Assembly: GCA_951406725.2 (NCBI GenBank)
Contig: OX597819.1
Span: 37,386,001 to 37,450,000, forward strand
Direction of reading: 5' to 3'
Source: Octopus vulgaris
Lineage: Eukaryota
Length of the DNA: 64,000 bases
Shown here: positions 26,773-38,814 of the stretch, one piece after another
Numbering within the stretch: the first letter of the stretch is position 1
Layout of the letters: each line of letters begins with the position of its first letter
Notes under the pieces: generated by a model
Seen by the model: only the letters and a program-made list of their open reading frames with translations
The model's database searches: none
Told to the model about the DNA's origin: nothing
Program-made: the position numbers and the translations under genes

Positions 26773-28773
26773 CAGTTTTGCATCACTCCTAACAGCTTTT
26801 TGTTTTGTTTGTTTCTTTTCCTAACGAATTCCACTTTTGAACAAGCTTAACGCTATAGTCAGAGGCAAATTAATAGTTAATGAATGAATCAAGACGTGAT
26901 TTGTGCGACGATTATCTGGCAAAACTTTTGCCGATTAAGAGGTTTAGTTGACGAAGCATGTTTCAATTTTTGATACAAGTTGGAATCTTGTTAAATTTCT
27001 ACCAATCACTCGAAGTTTTTCAAATTTTCTCCACATTATTTTCATAAAGTATAGTTCTGCTGTAGTTTTGTATGCTGATGACGAAAATCGTATTTTTTGT
27101 AGAAATTAATAACAAAAAAGTTACAAGCACTTAAAGTAATATAATTTTAGCCAATCGTATGCCTCAATTGTTGATATTTTGTTAGTGCTGATCTCTATTG
27201 CCATGGAGATCACCATGCACAAAACCTTTACGTGCTTGAAATAACAGCCAAATATTTCCTTAAACTACACCATAATATCTAAAATACAAAAAGGATGAAA
27301 CATTCTGTCACAGCACCGTTTATTTCTTCGCTTGGATCTTTTTGGTTTGAACGGCCTTGTGCCATCTGATAAAGTTGCAAACAAAGTTAGTTTGATGGTG
27401 ATGAAAGAATTGATTAAAAGAAAAAGAAGTCAGCTTTTTCTTTCGACCAATTCTTTCTCCACCACCAAACTTTTTTGCGTTTACAAAAAGACACATATCT
27501 TCATGAGCATGTGTGGCGAAACAAATTTAGAGATCGTGAAACTCTATTCACGAATCTTATTTCGTGCATCAATGATTCTTTTTTCGTAAATGTGATTGTT
27601 TTCATCTTATATAAAATATGTATACGGTTTTCATGTTATATTAAATATATGCCCGTTTCATAGTGTTACTTTCTTTACATGGAATTATGGGATGTCACTG
27701 ATATCACTTCCGGTATCTATCGCAATTAACTTTCATTTTTTTAGGACATTTTTCTTTCACCTTTTTTTACGACAGCAAAATAAAACGCATGTTAACTTTG
27801 ATCTTTATCCTTTGTGACATTAAACCTGTTTTATTTATAAATTTCTCTTGTTTTTACAGTTAAAGCCGTGAAAATGTTTTTCTTTATCCTTTGTGATGTT
27901 AAACATTTCCTTTGCTATTATTAGTTCATATTCATAATCGCTTTGATTTTTATCCTTTGTCACCTTACAATTGTTTTGAAATAAATGTTCTAGTTTTGTT
28001 TTTTTTTTATGTGCAGCTATTGTAGGTGGACAGCGTTCAAGCGAAAGTGCAAAAAAAAGTGAAATGTTTGATGGAAAACGAAACCAAATTCAACACCAAT
28101 ACAATTACCAATATTTTTTGGTTATGTAATAACCAAACAATAGTTTAATTTGATGTCGGAAATTACCTGTCTTCTTTAAATAAGAATAGTTGACGAAAAG
28201 AAAATATACTGTGCAAAATATTCTATTAGCTAACATTGTAGTTTTTTGGGTAAGAGTTCGAGAGGAGAAATTTGATAGACAGAAACTGTACGGAAACAAG
28301 CACAAGCACACGCACACGCACACACGCGCGCGCGGTATTCCAAGGGAATTGAATCGGAAGTCATGAAGAGTTATAATTTTGAAATATGTATGTTCTAGGT
28401 ATCGTAGACTAGGATTCTGAAAAGAAGTGTGTCACTACCCTTTTCTTCTTAATTTTTTTTTTTTTTTTTTTTTTTGTAGTTTTGACTTTAGTCGATACTT
28501 ATTTCAGACTGAAGTTGTCAACATCTGAGATTCTAATTCTTCAGAAAAAATTTAAAATTCCACCCACACACACTTTTTGGGCCTCTACCCTGTTTTCATC
28601 AGCTTTTATATTTTTTTACATAATTGGATTTTTTTCTTTTTTTGTACGTTTGAAATAACATAGTCTAGACCACTTGGAAAAAAAATTCTAGGCATTTTTT
28701 TAATGAAAGTAATTTATTATTGAACAAAGTAACAACAAGTAAGTGAAGGAAATTAAAATAAAAGAAAATCAAG

Positions 28774-30205
28774 GGATCTTTTTGGTTTGAACGGCAGTTT
28801 TCAACATAATTTCTAAGTAACTAAAAAATTTTAAACTTCGTATACTGGTAGAATGTATTTATAAAACAACTTTTTCTCTTGGCTTTATTGAGAAAATTCT
28901 ATAGCTTGTGAGATATTTGTTGTTTTTTTTTCTTCAATTTCTGCAATTTCAACCAATCAGTGACGTGTATTGAGGTAAAAAAAAACATTGTGCCGTATGA
29001 ATATGTCCTCGTTTAATAAACAGATTGGGTTTATTTACATTTGTGAAGAAAAAAAGATACCCTTCCCCCCACCCCTAACCCTAACCCTAAAACAGATTGA
29101 AATGCAATAAATCAATACTAGGGTCATAATTATGGGTGACAATTTCATATGACACCGCTTGAAAAATGTAAATAAACCCAATGTGTTTCTTAAACGAGGG
29201 ACATATTCATACGGCACAAAATGCTTTTTAACTCAATGGACATCATCGATTGGTTGAAATTGAAGAAATTGAAGAAAAAAAACAACAAATACCTTACAAA
29301 CCATAGAATTTTCTCAATAAAGCCAAAAGATAAAGATGTTTTATAAACACATTCTACCAGTATACGAAGTTTCAAATTTTTTCGTTACCTAGAAATTATG
29401 TTAAAAACTGCCGTTCAAACCGAAAAGGGATCTTTTCCTTTTGATGGACGGAATTTTCTAGTTATCTAAACAATTTGAAACTTCGTATACTGGTAGAATG
29501 TGTCAAAAGAAAACATTATTGTAAACAAAATTGAAAACAAAATTGTAATTTCTAAGTTTAACGTAGTTTAATTCTACGAATTTTAACCAATGAGATCCCA
29601 GCATTTGAGCTCAATTCATCTTCTGCGTCTAAAAACTCACACACACACGTCTTATTCATCCTTATCTCTTCTGTCTTCTGTCTTCTGCATGTGCTTGAAA
29701 TAACAGCTATATATCTTAAATCGATGAATTTCGTCGCCCAATAAAAATATTAACGATATTTTTTGAATATTTTCTTTATTTTTTTTTACCGAAAAAGCTT
29801 CTCCCATGGTTTTGAAGGGCCAGAAACAACAAAAACAAAACAATAATATGCCTAAAGCGGTCTAGAGTTTGCGCGTGGAGTGTGAGTCGTATTGTAAAAA
29901 TTTGCGAAATATTTTTTCATAAAAGGATGCCCCAGCTTGTCGGAAGCTGTGATATAAATTGGGGAAAAAATCCTCGACACCAGTGCGTAGTTGGTACTTA
30001 ATTTATCGACCCCGAAACGATGAAACATTGACCCCACCCCTTCTGGTTTATTTACCTTTTGTGTAAATTTGTTGCGGCAAGGGGCAAAACACGAACGTGT
30101 ATGTATGCTTGTGTGCGTATGTGTGTGTATGTATATGTCCGTTTGTATGTGTGTGTACGCTTATATATTAATTACTATGTGCTTGTACAAATGTATATGC
30201 ATGTG

Positions 30206-30257
<52 letters not shown>

Positions 30258-30607
30258 TGATAGAGTGTGTGTGTGTGTGCAAGTGTACTTGTGTATGGAT
30301 CTGAATATATGTGTGTGTGTGTATGCGGCATGCGTCTGCTATGTTTCTTTATCAATATCGATAACGCAGTAAATGATTTGAGTTCAAATGCTGGGATTTC
30401 ATTGGTTAAAATTCGAAGATGCTGGGATTTCATTGGTTAAAATTCGAAGAATTAAACTACGTTAAAGTTACAAATTACAATTTTGCTTTCAATTTTGTTT
30501 ACAATAATGTTTTCTTTTGACACATTCTACCAGTATACGAAGTTTCAAATTTTTTAGTTAACTAGAAAATTCCGTCCATCAAAAGGAAAAGATCCCCGAA
30601 AAGATCC
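28774..30607. mobile_element. Fold-back Merlin-like MITE interrupted in its right TIR by a second MITE
   Basis: 28774-29160 forward, ~29165-29427 inverted copy; TIR completed by atcc at 30604-30607. Confidence 0.8.
29428..30595. mobile_element. Related Merlin-like element with ~190-bp TIRs
   Basis: ggatcttttccttttgatggacgg / ccgtccatcaaaaggaaaagatcc; 8-bp TSD ccgaaaag at 29420-29427 and 30596-30603. Confidence 0.85.
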
Positions 30608-30928
30608 AACAAGTCGATTTCATAGACCCCTGTTCTCAGCTGGTACTTATTTTATCGATCCCTAAAGGATGAAACGCAAGTCGGCTTCGGTGGAATTTGA
30701 ATTCAGAACGAAAAGATGGACGAAATGCTGTTCAACATTTTTAAACTGACGTGCTAGCAATTCTGCCAGCTCAGTGCCTTATGTATTGGGTACATTGTTA
30801 CGTCACTTTCAGTGTGTACATCAAATTGCGGGATGTCACTTCCGGTTTATATCGCAATAAACTTTCACTAAGAACAATTTACTATTTTACGACGTTAAAC
30901 TACAAGTTAACTGATGTATTGACTCTTA

Positions 30929-31355
30929 GGCGATCTTTCGTCTCTAGTAGACCTTTCCGTCGATTTCCGTAAAATTTTTTTTTTTTTTACATATGGGCTT
31001 GCGGGAACTTTTGAAGTAATATACATACATATACACATACACCGAGTAAAAAATTTCAGTTATCTCTTTCTTTCACACATTACTCTGTCTCTTCACACAC
31101 ACTAACAGAAGCACTTCACTTACACAACATACTGTCTGTCTCCCACACCCCATCAAACACACACACACACACGCACGCACACACACATGTCCATCAATGC
31201 TCCCATGCACAGTAACTTCAAAAGAACTTCCCTCGTCATACAATCGCTTTCTCTTAGTTTCTTTCGCTCTTCAAAAGTTCCCGCAAGCCCATGTGTAAAA
31301 AAAAAAATTTTTTACGGAAATCGACGGAAAGGTCTACTAGAGACGAAAGATTGCC
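30929..31355. mobile_element. MITE with ~90-bp TIRs and GG termini (Merlin-like)
   Basis: ggcgatctttcgtctctagtagacc / ggtctactagagacgaaagattgcc; TSD gactctta/gactttta. Confidence 0.85.
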
Positions 31356-31748
31356 GACTTTTATTTTTTCTTTAATGTAAAGGTTCATTTGATTGTTGTT
31401 TCAGCTAGAAACTGAAACGAAACGATTACCTTGGATAATAAATAATGTCTAACCCGATAGATGAATTTCAAAAATTTTAATAAATATTTGAGAATATCTA
31501 AGCTGTCGGCAATTATTTCAACGATCACACTAGTGTAACCAGTTTTGAAGCACTGTTTATTCATAGAATTTCTTCAAGCACTGTGGGAAAGCATTGATTT
31601 TTTTTTTTATATGCGTGTCTCTTTTTACCATTCGCCAGCATTCTGAGCTATACATTAGAACAGATGAGACATTGCTATCATTATCAAAATTTACTGAGTT
31701 GCTTTGAATTCGACTCGCAAGAAGAAATACTTGATTTATCCCCGTAAT

Positions 31749-31829
<81 letters not shown>

Positions 31830-31833
<4 letters not shown>

Positions 31834-32891
31834 ACGGTTTAGCTGGTGCATTTCCCGGTGACCCACATTGGAATTATGGTTCCGGCATGTCTAGTAGAAA
31901 AGTGACAGTCTTTTGTTTAATGGAGGATTAATGGGTTTTGGAATGACCTGTGACCTTGTGCGGGTGAATTAGGGGTCGCTCTGGACACCCCTTGAATATG
32001 TCGTGAGAGAGGATGAGGGGGAGAGGGACAGGCAGAGAGTATGTATGGTAGAGCTGTCAAGAGAGGGTAATAGGCAGCAGGCGATAGAGATAGGCAGTAA
32101 GAGAAAAGGGACAGATTGAGGATATAGATAGAGTATAAGGACCAGGGCAGTTAGAGAGGGTGTGAGCGGTACAGAGGGAGATGAGGGAGTGGAAGCGAGG
32201 ACAGAGACGAAGTGAGGTCTTGGCAGTCGTTGAGCGGTCGTCGAGGAACACAGACGGATCTTGGGGTCGCTGGCCGGTCCTCGAAGAAGACAGACGGACC
32301 TTGGATTTAAGGAGCAAGCGTTGGAATTCTTAGGAGCAAGTTGGATGCGAGAAAGCTTGGCGGCACAGAAGGGAATTAGCAGTATTCAGAGGAATTAGCA
32401 GGATTGAGAGGAATGGGACACTGGCAGATTCAATTAGGAATTGAGGTATGTGTTTGTGCATTGATATGTGTCACGGTGTAAAGAACAGTCAAGGACTCTG
32501 TCGATGTGGTCGATAAAGGACATTGTGAAGAAGAAGAGTAAAGGACTTGTTGATTGTGATGTTTAGGAAGAGACTTTAAAGAACTGTTGTCTTGGGACGT
32601 GTACTCTTGAATTGTTACATGCTGTTGTATTATGTATTGAGTAGTCACGTGCATGCTTTGATGTATCTTGATGTAACAATTGTAATTGTCGTATAAACTG
32701 TTGTTTGAATATAAGCCAGTGTTGCCAGTTGTTGCCTTGCCTCTTTGGGTTGTATCTCGGGTTGTGCCTCTGTATCTCTGTGCTGTTGAGGTTGTGGTAG
32801 TATCTATCTGTATCTCCCCTCTCCGCCTTTTTGGGTTCCGTGGCGGAACTTGTGTGAGCCGTTCGGGACGGGCGACGACGGGTGATTCCGT

Positions 32892-32895
<4 letters not shown>
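31830..32895. mobile_element. Solo LTR (~1.07 kb) inserted in (TA)n
   Basis: TGTTACGG...CCGTAACA terminal inverted 8-mer; no coding content; TA repeats on both sides. Confidence 0.8.
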
Positions 32896-32951
<56 letters not shown>

Positions 32952-32968
32952 ATATGTATATATATATG

Positions 32969-33061
<93 letters not shown>

Positions 33062-33066
<5 letters not shown>

Positions 33067-34560
33067 ATCCAAACATGAAAACACAAAGAGAAAACACAAC
33101 GCGAGGACGTGGAACAAGTATAGTATTATTGGACGCTCAGGAAAGGAGGGTTTAACGTTTCGGGGGTTTTTGTGCATTCCTCTGTGTGTGTGTACATTTG
33201 TGTACGTGTGTGTGTGTGTGTACGCGCATATGTGTGTATGCGCGTGGGTGTATGTGGGTGTGTGTATATGTGTATGTATGCGTGTGTGTATGTGTATGGA
33301 AGTATGTGTGTGTATATGTGCATGTATGTACGTTGTATGTGTGGTGTGTGGGAAGTATATGTGTGTTCGTGGATACGTGAGTATGTGTGTGTATGTGTTC
33401 GTGTATAAAAACAATAATTTATAAAAACAATAAATTATAAACAATAAAAAACAAAAAATTATAAAAACAATAAAATATAAGGAAGTTGATCCAATATAAA
33501 AGACGTAATTGCACGTAAGGAATGAAAAATGAAAAAAGAGAAGAGAAGAAAGAAGAAATAAAGTTGCTTGTTGCGGGAGGTGTAGAGGCGGTCACTAAGA
33601 GGAGGGGGCCTGTGTTAAGTCCGTGCGGGATATTAGTCCGTAAACTGAATATATATCGCTGTTCCAAGTGAAGCCTGGATTGTGGCAATCCATTGTGTAG
33701 GGCGAGACCAAACACAGAGATGTTAGAGGGGGAATGGTTGACCAAGCGGAAGTGACGAGCGACGGGAGTGTTGGAACGTAGCCGAACACCCCTTAGATGT
33801 TCGGTGAACCGGTCGGCCAGTCGGCGGCCCGTCTGACCTACATAAAGCATCCCACAGAGGTTGCATTTAACGCAGTAAATGAGGCTAGATGAAGTGCAAG
33901 TAAAGGAGTGTCTAATAAGTACAGTTTGTTGGTTGGAACCAGTGATAGAAGTGGTGTTGGTGATGAAGGGGCAGGTGTTGCAGCGGGATCTGAAGCACGG
34001 GAGGGATCTATGTAGGGCTGAGGGGGAAGAGGAGAGGGTGCTACAGACCAGGAGATCGCGTAGGTTCCGGGCTCGTTTGAAGGAGGACAAAGGTGGGTTG
34101 GAGAAAATAGGGCGGGTGGTGGGATCGAGCTGGAGACGACAGAAGGCCCGTAGTATCCTCCGACGAAGGGGTAGAGTGGAGGGGTGGAAAAGGAGGGGAA
34201 AGGGGGTGCAGTTAGGGGGTTGGTGAGAGGAAGGAGAAAGGGCGGTGGTGCAGTCGATTTGACGAGCGCGGGCAAGGGCGTTCTGGACCAGGGTTGGGGG
34301 GTATCCTCGGTGCCTGAACAGGCGGGCCAGGTACTGTGACTGGGTCTCAAAATCCTGGTCACGGCTGCACAAGCGTCGGAGGCGGAGGGACTGGGAGTAG
34401 GGGATGGCCCGTTTGGTGTGGAAGGGATGGGAGGATGAGAAGTTGAGGTAGGGGTGGGAATCCGTGGGTTTGAAGAAGGTGGAGGTGGTGAGAGAGTGGG
34501 AGGGGTGGTCAATGCTAAGAGAGATGTCGAGGAAGTTGTATATGAATGATGAAAGAAAGC
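33062..34560 (-). mobile_element. 5'-truncated Penelope-like element (Neptune-type) with 3' pseudo-LTR fragment
   Basis: Open frame 34537 to 33419 (see next feature); pLTR-like tail at 33062-33165. Confidence 0.85.
33419..34537 (-). CDS. PLE RT C-terminus/thumb plus GIY-YIG endonuclease; 5'-truncated, frame uninterrupted
   Basis: NFLDISL..FKPTDSHPYLNFSSSHPFHTKRAIPYSQSLRLRRLCS..RGYP..CFRSRCNTCPFI..FTCTSSSLIYCVKCNLCGMLYVGQTGRRLADRFTEH..HF..H..E..PHGLN. Confidence 0.9.
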   Translation of the reverse strand, partial: NFLDISLSIDHPSHSLTTSTFFKPTDSHPYLNFSSSHPFHTKRAIPYSQSLRLRRLCSRDQDFETQSQYLARLFRHRGYPPTLVQNALARARQIDCTTALSPSSHQPPNCTPFPLLFHPSTLPLRRRILRAFCRLQLDPTTRPIFSNPPLSSFKRARNLRDLLVCSTLSSSPSALHRSLPCFRSRCNTCPFITNTTSITGSNQQTVLIRHSFTCTSSSLIYCVKCNLCGMLYVGQTGRRLADRFTEHLRGVRLRSNTPVARHFRLVNHSPSNISVFGLALHNGLPQSRLHLEQRYIFSLRTNIPHGLNTGPLLLVTASTPPATSNFISSFFSSLFSFFIPYVQLRLLYWINFLIFYCFYNFLFFIVYNLLFL

Positions 34561-34712
34561 CAAAAATGACCCGTCTTTTTTGCCTGTCCTTCTAATTGTT
34601 GTTTCTCTTGTCCGCCTTTGTATCGTCTATTTGTCCGAACGTTTTAATGCCCTTTATTGTGTTTTGTTCCATTTATACATACATATATACATACATACCC
34701 ACGATCTTTTAT

Positions 34713-34759
<47 letters not shown>

Positions 34760-35102
34760 TGGAAAAGGATGCATGGCGTTCGATTATATAATAATATAAA
34801 TAATATATAAATATATGCACATATACTCGAAACGCGGAGTAGATGAAACAGGGACAACTGAAGAAGGGAAATATTCTTTATGTTGCATGTCTCGTTTCTC
34901 TGTTTTTTTATTTTCGTTGTTCGAAAAAAAGTTCGTTTCTATGTTTTTTGTTTTTATGTTTTCGTTTCTCATTGTGTTCAACATTTTTTTATGTCCTGTA
35001 CCCATATATGTATGTATATGCACATATATATGTAGGCATATACTTATATGTATGTATATATGCATATATTTATATATTATTTATATTAAATATATATACA
35101 AT

Positions 35103-35194
<92 letters not shown>

Positions 35195-35774
35195 TCATTG
35201 CATTAGAAAACCAATTCATTCCAAATTTGGTGGAAATCCTGGTATTCAGTTTTTTTTTTTTTTTCTTCACTTTATTCTGTGATAAATTAGTTTCATTAAA
35301 AATAAACGACTTGTATTATCGGGTCACCAACAGCTCACTGTCTGAAATAGAAACTTTTTCAAAATGAAAAATAACCTGTCCAATCTATTGCGCAGATATG
35401 CACAAATATGCACTACTCATTCATTTTCGACATTTCTCTGATTTCAGGTTATTTGAGTTATTTTTATTTATTTATTTATTTATTTATTTTTGCAATTTTG
35501 AAAAAAAATTTGCATATACATAACAGTAATCACTGATGTTTTGTAAGGTGTAAATCTAAAACTAAAAATAAAAAGAAAAACTGTAAAAATGAAACAGTTA
35601 CAGAAAGTGGAAGTGGGGGCTAAAGAAAGGTGGGGATGAAAGTAATTTTTTAAGAATCATAATGTCAGATATAAATCTGAAAGAAAAAAAATTGGAAAAT
35701 GACAAAATTGGAAAAAAAAAAAAAATTGTTTTTCTTCCATCTTTTTTCTTTTCTGACGGAAATACACACACCCA

Positions 35775-35992
35775 ACGGGAGTGGTGAGTTGGCAGAATTG
35801 TTAGCCAACTGGGCAACCTACTTCGCAACATTTCATCTGTCTTTACATTCTGAGTTCAAATTCAACCGTGGACAACTTTGCCTTTCATTTTTTGAGGGTC
35901 GATAAATTAAGTACCAGTTGAACACTGGAGTTGATGTAATCGACTTACCCCCTCCCCCAAAATTGCTGGCTTTGGGCCAAAATCTGAAACCG
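35775..35992 (+). mobile_element. SINE family 2, older copy
   Basis: gagttggcagaattgttagc...gagttcaaattc...gtcgataaattaagtaccagtt. Confidence 0.75.
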
Positions 35993-36222
35993 AAAGATGT
36001 GGGGTGCTTGACACACTATAAAAATTTCCATCTTTACCCTAAAAATATGTCGGGGAAATTTGTAGAATAGAATAAGAAATTATCTATTGCACCAAAATCT
36101 GTAATTCCTTTGCTTAAGCAAGTTTTAAACATTATAGATTACAATTGTGCAAAATAAATTTTTTAAATTCAAATATTTTTGCATCTTACCTCCTTTCTGT
36201 AATTTTTTCTGTTTTGACTTTT

Positions 36223-36955
36223 GGATCTTTACCTTTTGACTGACAGATTTAAAAGATAATTTTTTCGTAACTAAACACTTTCAAACTTCAGACACTGGTA
36301 GAAAATGTCATATAAAACATCTTTTACTCTTAGCGTTTTTGAGAAAAGCTTATATTTACAAAGTTATTTCACGTTAAAGTTGTCGTATTTCGATAATTTC
36401 AACCAATCAATGATGTGTATCCAGCTGAATAAAATTACTGCTGTTGTTTGTCGACAAGAAATTCTGGCGGTGTATATTTCGTTTGTCACTGTTATTTATG
36501 ACAACTCTAACCCTCAAACCCTAACCCTAACCCTAAAACGTTAACCCTAACCCTAAAACCCTAACCCTAACCCTAAAACCCTAACCCTAACCCTAAAACC
36601 CTAACCCTAAAATCCTAACCCTAACACCCTAACCCTAAAACCTTAAAGGTAAAACCAGTACAAATGCACGAACAATGTCATAAATAACAGTGACAAACAA
36701 AAAATACACCACCAATAGTTGTTGTTGACAAACAACAGCCGTAATTTTATTCAGCTGAATACACAACATTGATTGGTTGAAATTACTGAAATAGGACTAC
36801 TTTAACATGAAATAACTTTGTAAATATAAGCTTTTCTCAAAAACACTAAGAGTAAAAGATTTTTTATATGACACATTCTACCAGTGTCTGAAGTTTGAAA
36901 GTGTTTAGTTACAAAAAATTATTTTTTAAATCTATTGGTCAAAAGGTAAAGATCC
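36223..36955. mobile_element. Fold-back Merlin-like MITE with ~280-bp TIRs around a telomere-like array
   Basis: ggatctttaccttttgac / gtcaaaaggtaaagatcc; 8-bp TSD tgactttt. Confidence 0.88.
36505..36646. repeat. Interstitial telomere-like (CCCTAA)n array with periodic AA insertions
   Basis: ccctaaccctaaccctaaaa repeated. Confidence 0.9.
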
Positions 36956-37938
36956 TGACTTTTTTCAAAAAATTTCCCAGATTTATATTTTTGAAAAAAC
37001 CTTTGAATGTGATTCCTCAAAAATAATTCAAATTTCTTTCCCCACTCCCTTTATTTCTTTGCCTCCTCCTTCCCTGTCTTTGAGACTCTTTGATTTTCTT
37101 TTGAAATTTGTTTTTTTCAGATTTACACTTTTTAAATCTCACAAAAGAAATTTGAAATGAAGCTCCACTAAATAACTGAATTATGAAAATTATATTTTTA
37201 TGTAATCGTAATTTCTGATGTTTCCGAAATTTTTTTTATCTTATTAAACCCCAGAAAGAAAAAAGCAAATTATTACATAGAATAATAATGTCTAATCCAA
37301 GATATCATAATCGTATTATATTTGCGAAAAGATTGCCAGTTGTACTTCTATGGTATATTTATGTAATGATATCGAAAGATCATTTATTTCATGGTAATAA
37401 AATCTTGTGATATAATTTTATTGTAAATTATGCAGCTACTGTGAGTTATTTATCCTGTAAACAATTGTTTGTGTACACCAACCAATCTGCAGATATACAT
37501 CATAGTAATTTTCATTTGCAAGTTCAGTGATATTTCTGCTTCACTAATGAGATCTTAATAAGGTTATAACATGTCCGGGGTGGCCTCCCTTACTTGCCAA
37601 AATATTTAAATCATTAACTAATAGTCCTTTTCTTTAGTGCAGTGGACTTAACACATAATTAGTTATTTTTGATTAGTGTTTTAATAATTACTGCATTAAG
37701 TATGTTGACTCTAACCATTGTCAAACTTAATTATCCCATAAAATGTTGACAATCTTGTATTTGAACATAGCTGAAGAATAAAATAATAGTCACAAGAAAA
37801 GTTAACAGATTTCTGTAGAATTTGTAAAGGTTACAAGTACCATAAAGTATCTCATATTGTGTCTTTAAACTGACAGAGATGTATAAGAATTGTTTAATCT
37901 CAGTTAAGCAGATGTAATGGAAGACAGATTAGCCAAAA

Positions 37939-38814
37939 CAGTGCTCCTTTGGTGTGTGATCTACAAGGTTACTTTTTAGTTTACTTTACAATTTCTAAAA
38001 GTCCATATGATGTTGGCTAAAGATTTTTACTATGTAACCAGCAACAAGACAAAGACAGTTGCATTTTTACAAGAAACCAGCACTAAATTCACATCATTTC
38101 TTGAAAAAAAGGTATCTTTTCAGTTTGAACGGCAGTTTTTAACATAATTTCTAGGTAACTAAAAGATTTTAAACTTCCTATACTAGTAGAATGTGTTTAT
38201 AAAACATCTTTTTCTCTTGGTTTTATTGAGAAAATTCTATAGTTTGTAAGATATTTGTTGTTCTTTTTCTGCAATTTCTGCAATTTCAACCAATCGCTGA
38301 CATCTATTGAGGTGAAAAACATTCTGTGCCGTATGAATATGTCCCTCGTTTAAGAAACAAATTAGGTTTATTTACATTTGTGAAGAAAAAAAAGATACCC
38401 TTCCCCCCCACCCCTAACCCTAACCCTAAAACAGATTGAAATGCAATAGATCGATACTAGGGTCATAATTATGAGAGACAATTTCATATGACACCGCTAG
38501 AAAAAACTGCCGTTCAAACCAAAAAGATCCAAAAAAAGAAATGAGCCACTTTGCCGTGTGAGCTACAATTTAAAGGGAGATTAATTTAGGTTACTTTTTA
38601 CTTTACTTTGTATTAGTGCTACTTTCCATGTGATCTACATGAGCAAATTTACTATGGTGGGTGATCTAAGCACTTATAATTATAATATGGTTTTCTTTTT
38701 ATTAAAATAGTAAGAATTTTGAAAAATACATTTACAATGCTAAATAAGTACAACATAAATTTAAAAGTAACCTAAAGTAATCTCCCTTGTAGATCACACA
38801 CCAAAGGAGCACCG
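37939..38814. mobile_element. Old TIR element (hAT-like CAGTG termini) hosting the MITE at 38111-38530
   Basis: cagtgctcctttggtgtgtgatctacaagg / ccttgtagatcacacaccaaaggagcaccg; flanks share ccaaaa. Confidence 0.55.
38111..38530 (+). mobile_element. Merlin-like MITE with (CCCTAA)n
   Basis: Same family as 18785-19213. Confidence 0.88.

Noticed and set aside
27334-27356. Additional Merlin-like MITE
   Set aside because: Only an isolated 22-bp TIR; no partner end or body identified
32430-33086. 218-aa ORF over the LTR
   Set aside because: Starts in a TA microsatellite and has no gag/pol motifs
33140-33190. Possible hammerhead in the PLE 3' pLTR (GAAACGTTA on the minus strand)
   Set aside because: No CUGANGA-like segment or stem II upstream in this copy
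33838-34563. 241-aa Pro/Ser/Thr-rich ORF
   Set aside because: Alternative frame of the C-rich PLE coding strand; the real frame is the RT/GIY-YIG one
36505-36646. True telomere or chromosome-fusion site
   Set aside because: The array is single-orientation and lies inside a TSD-bounded MITE
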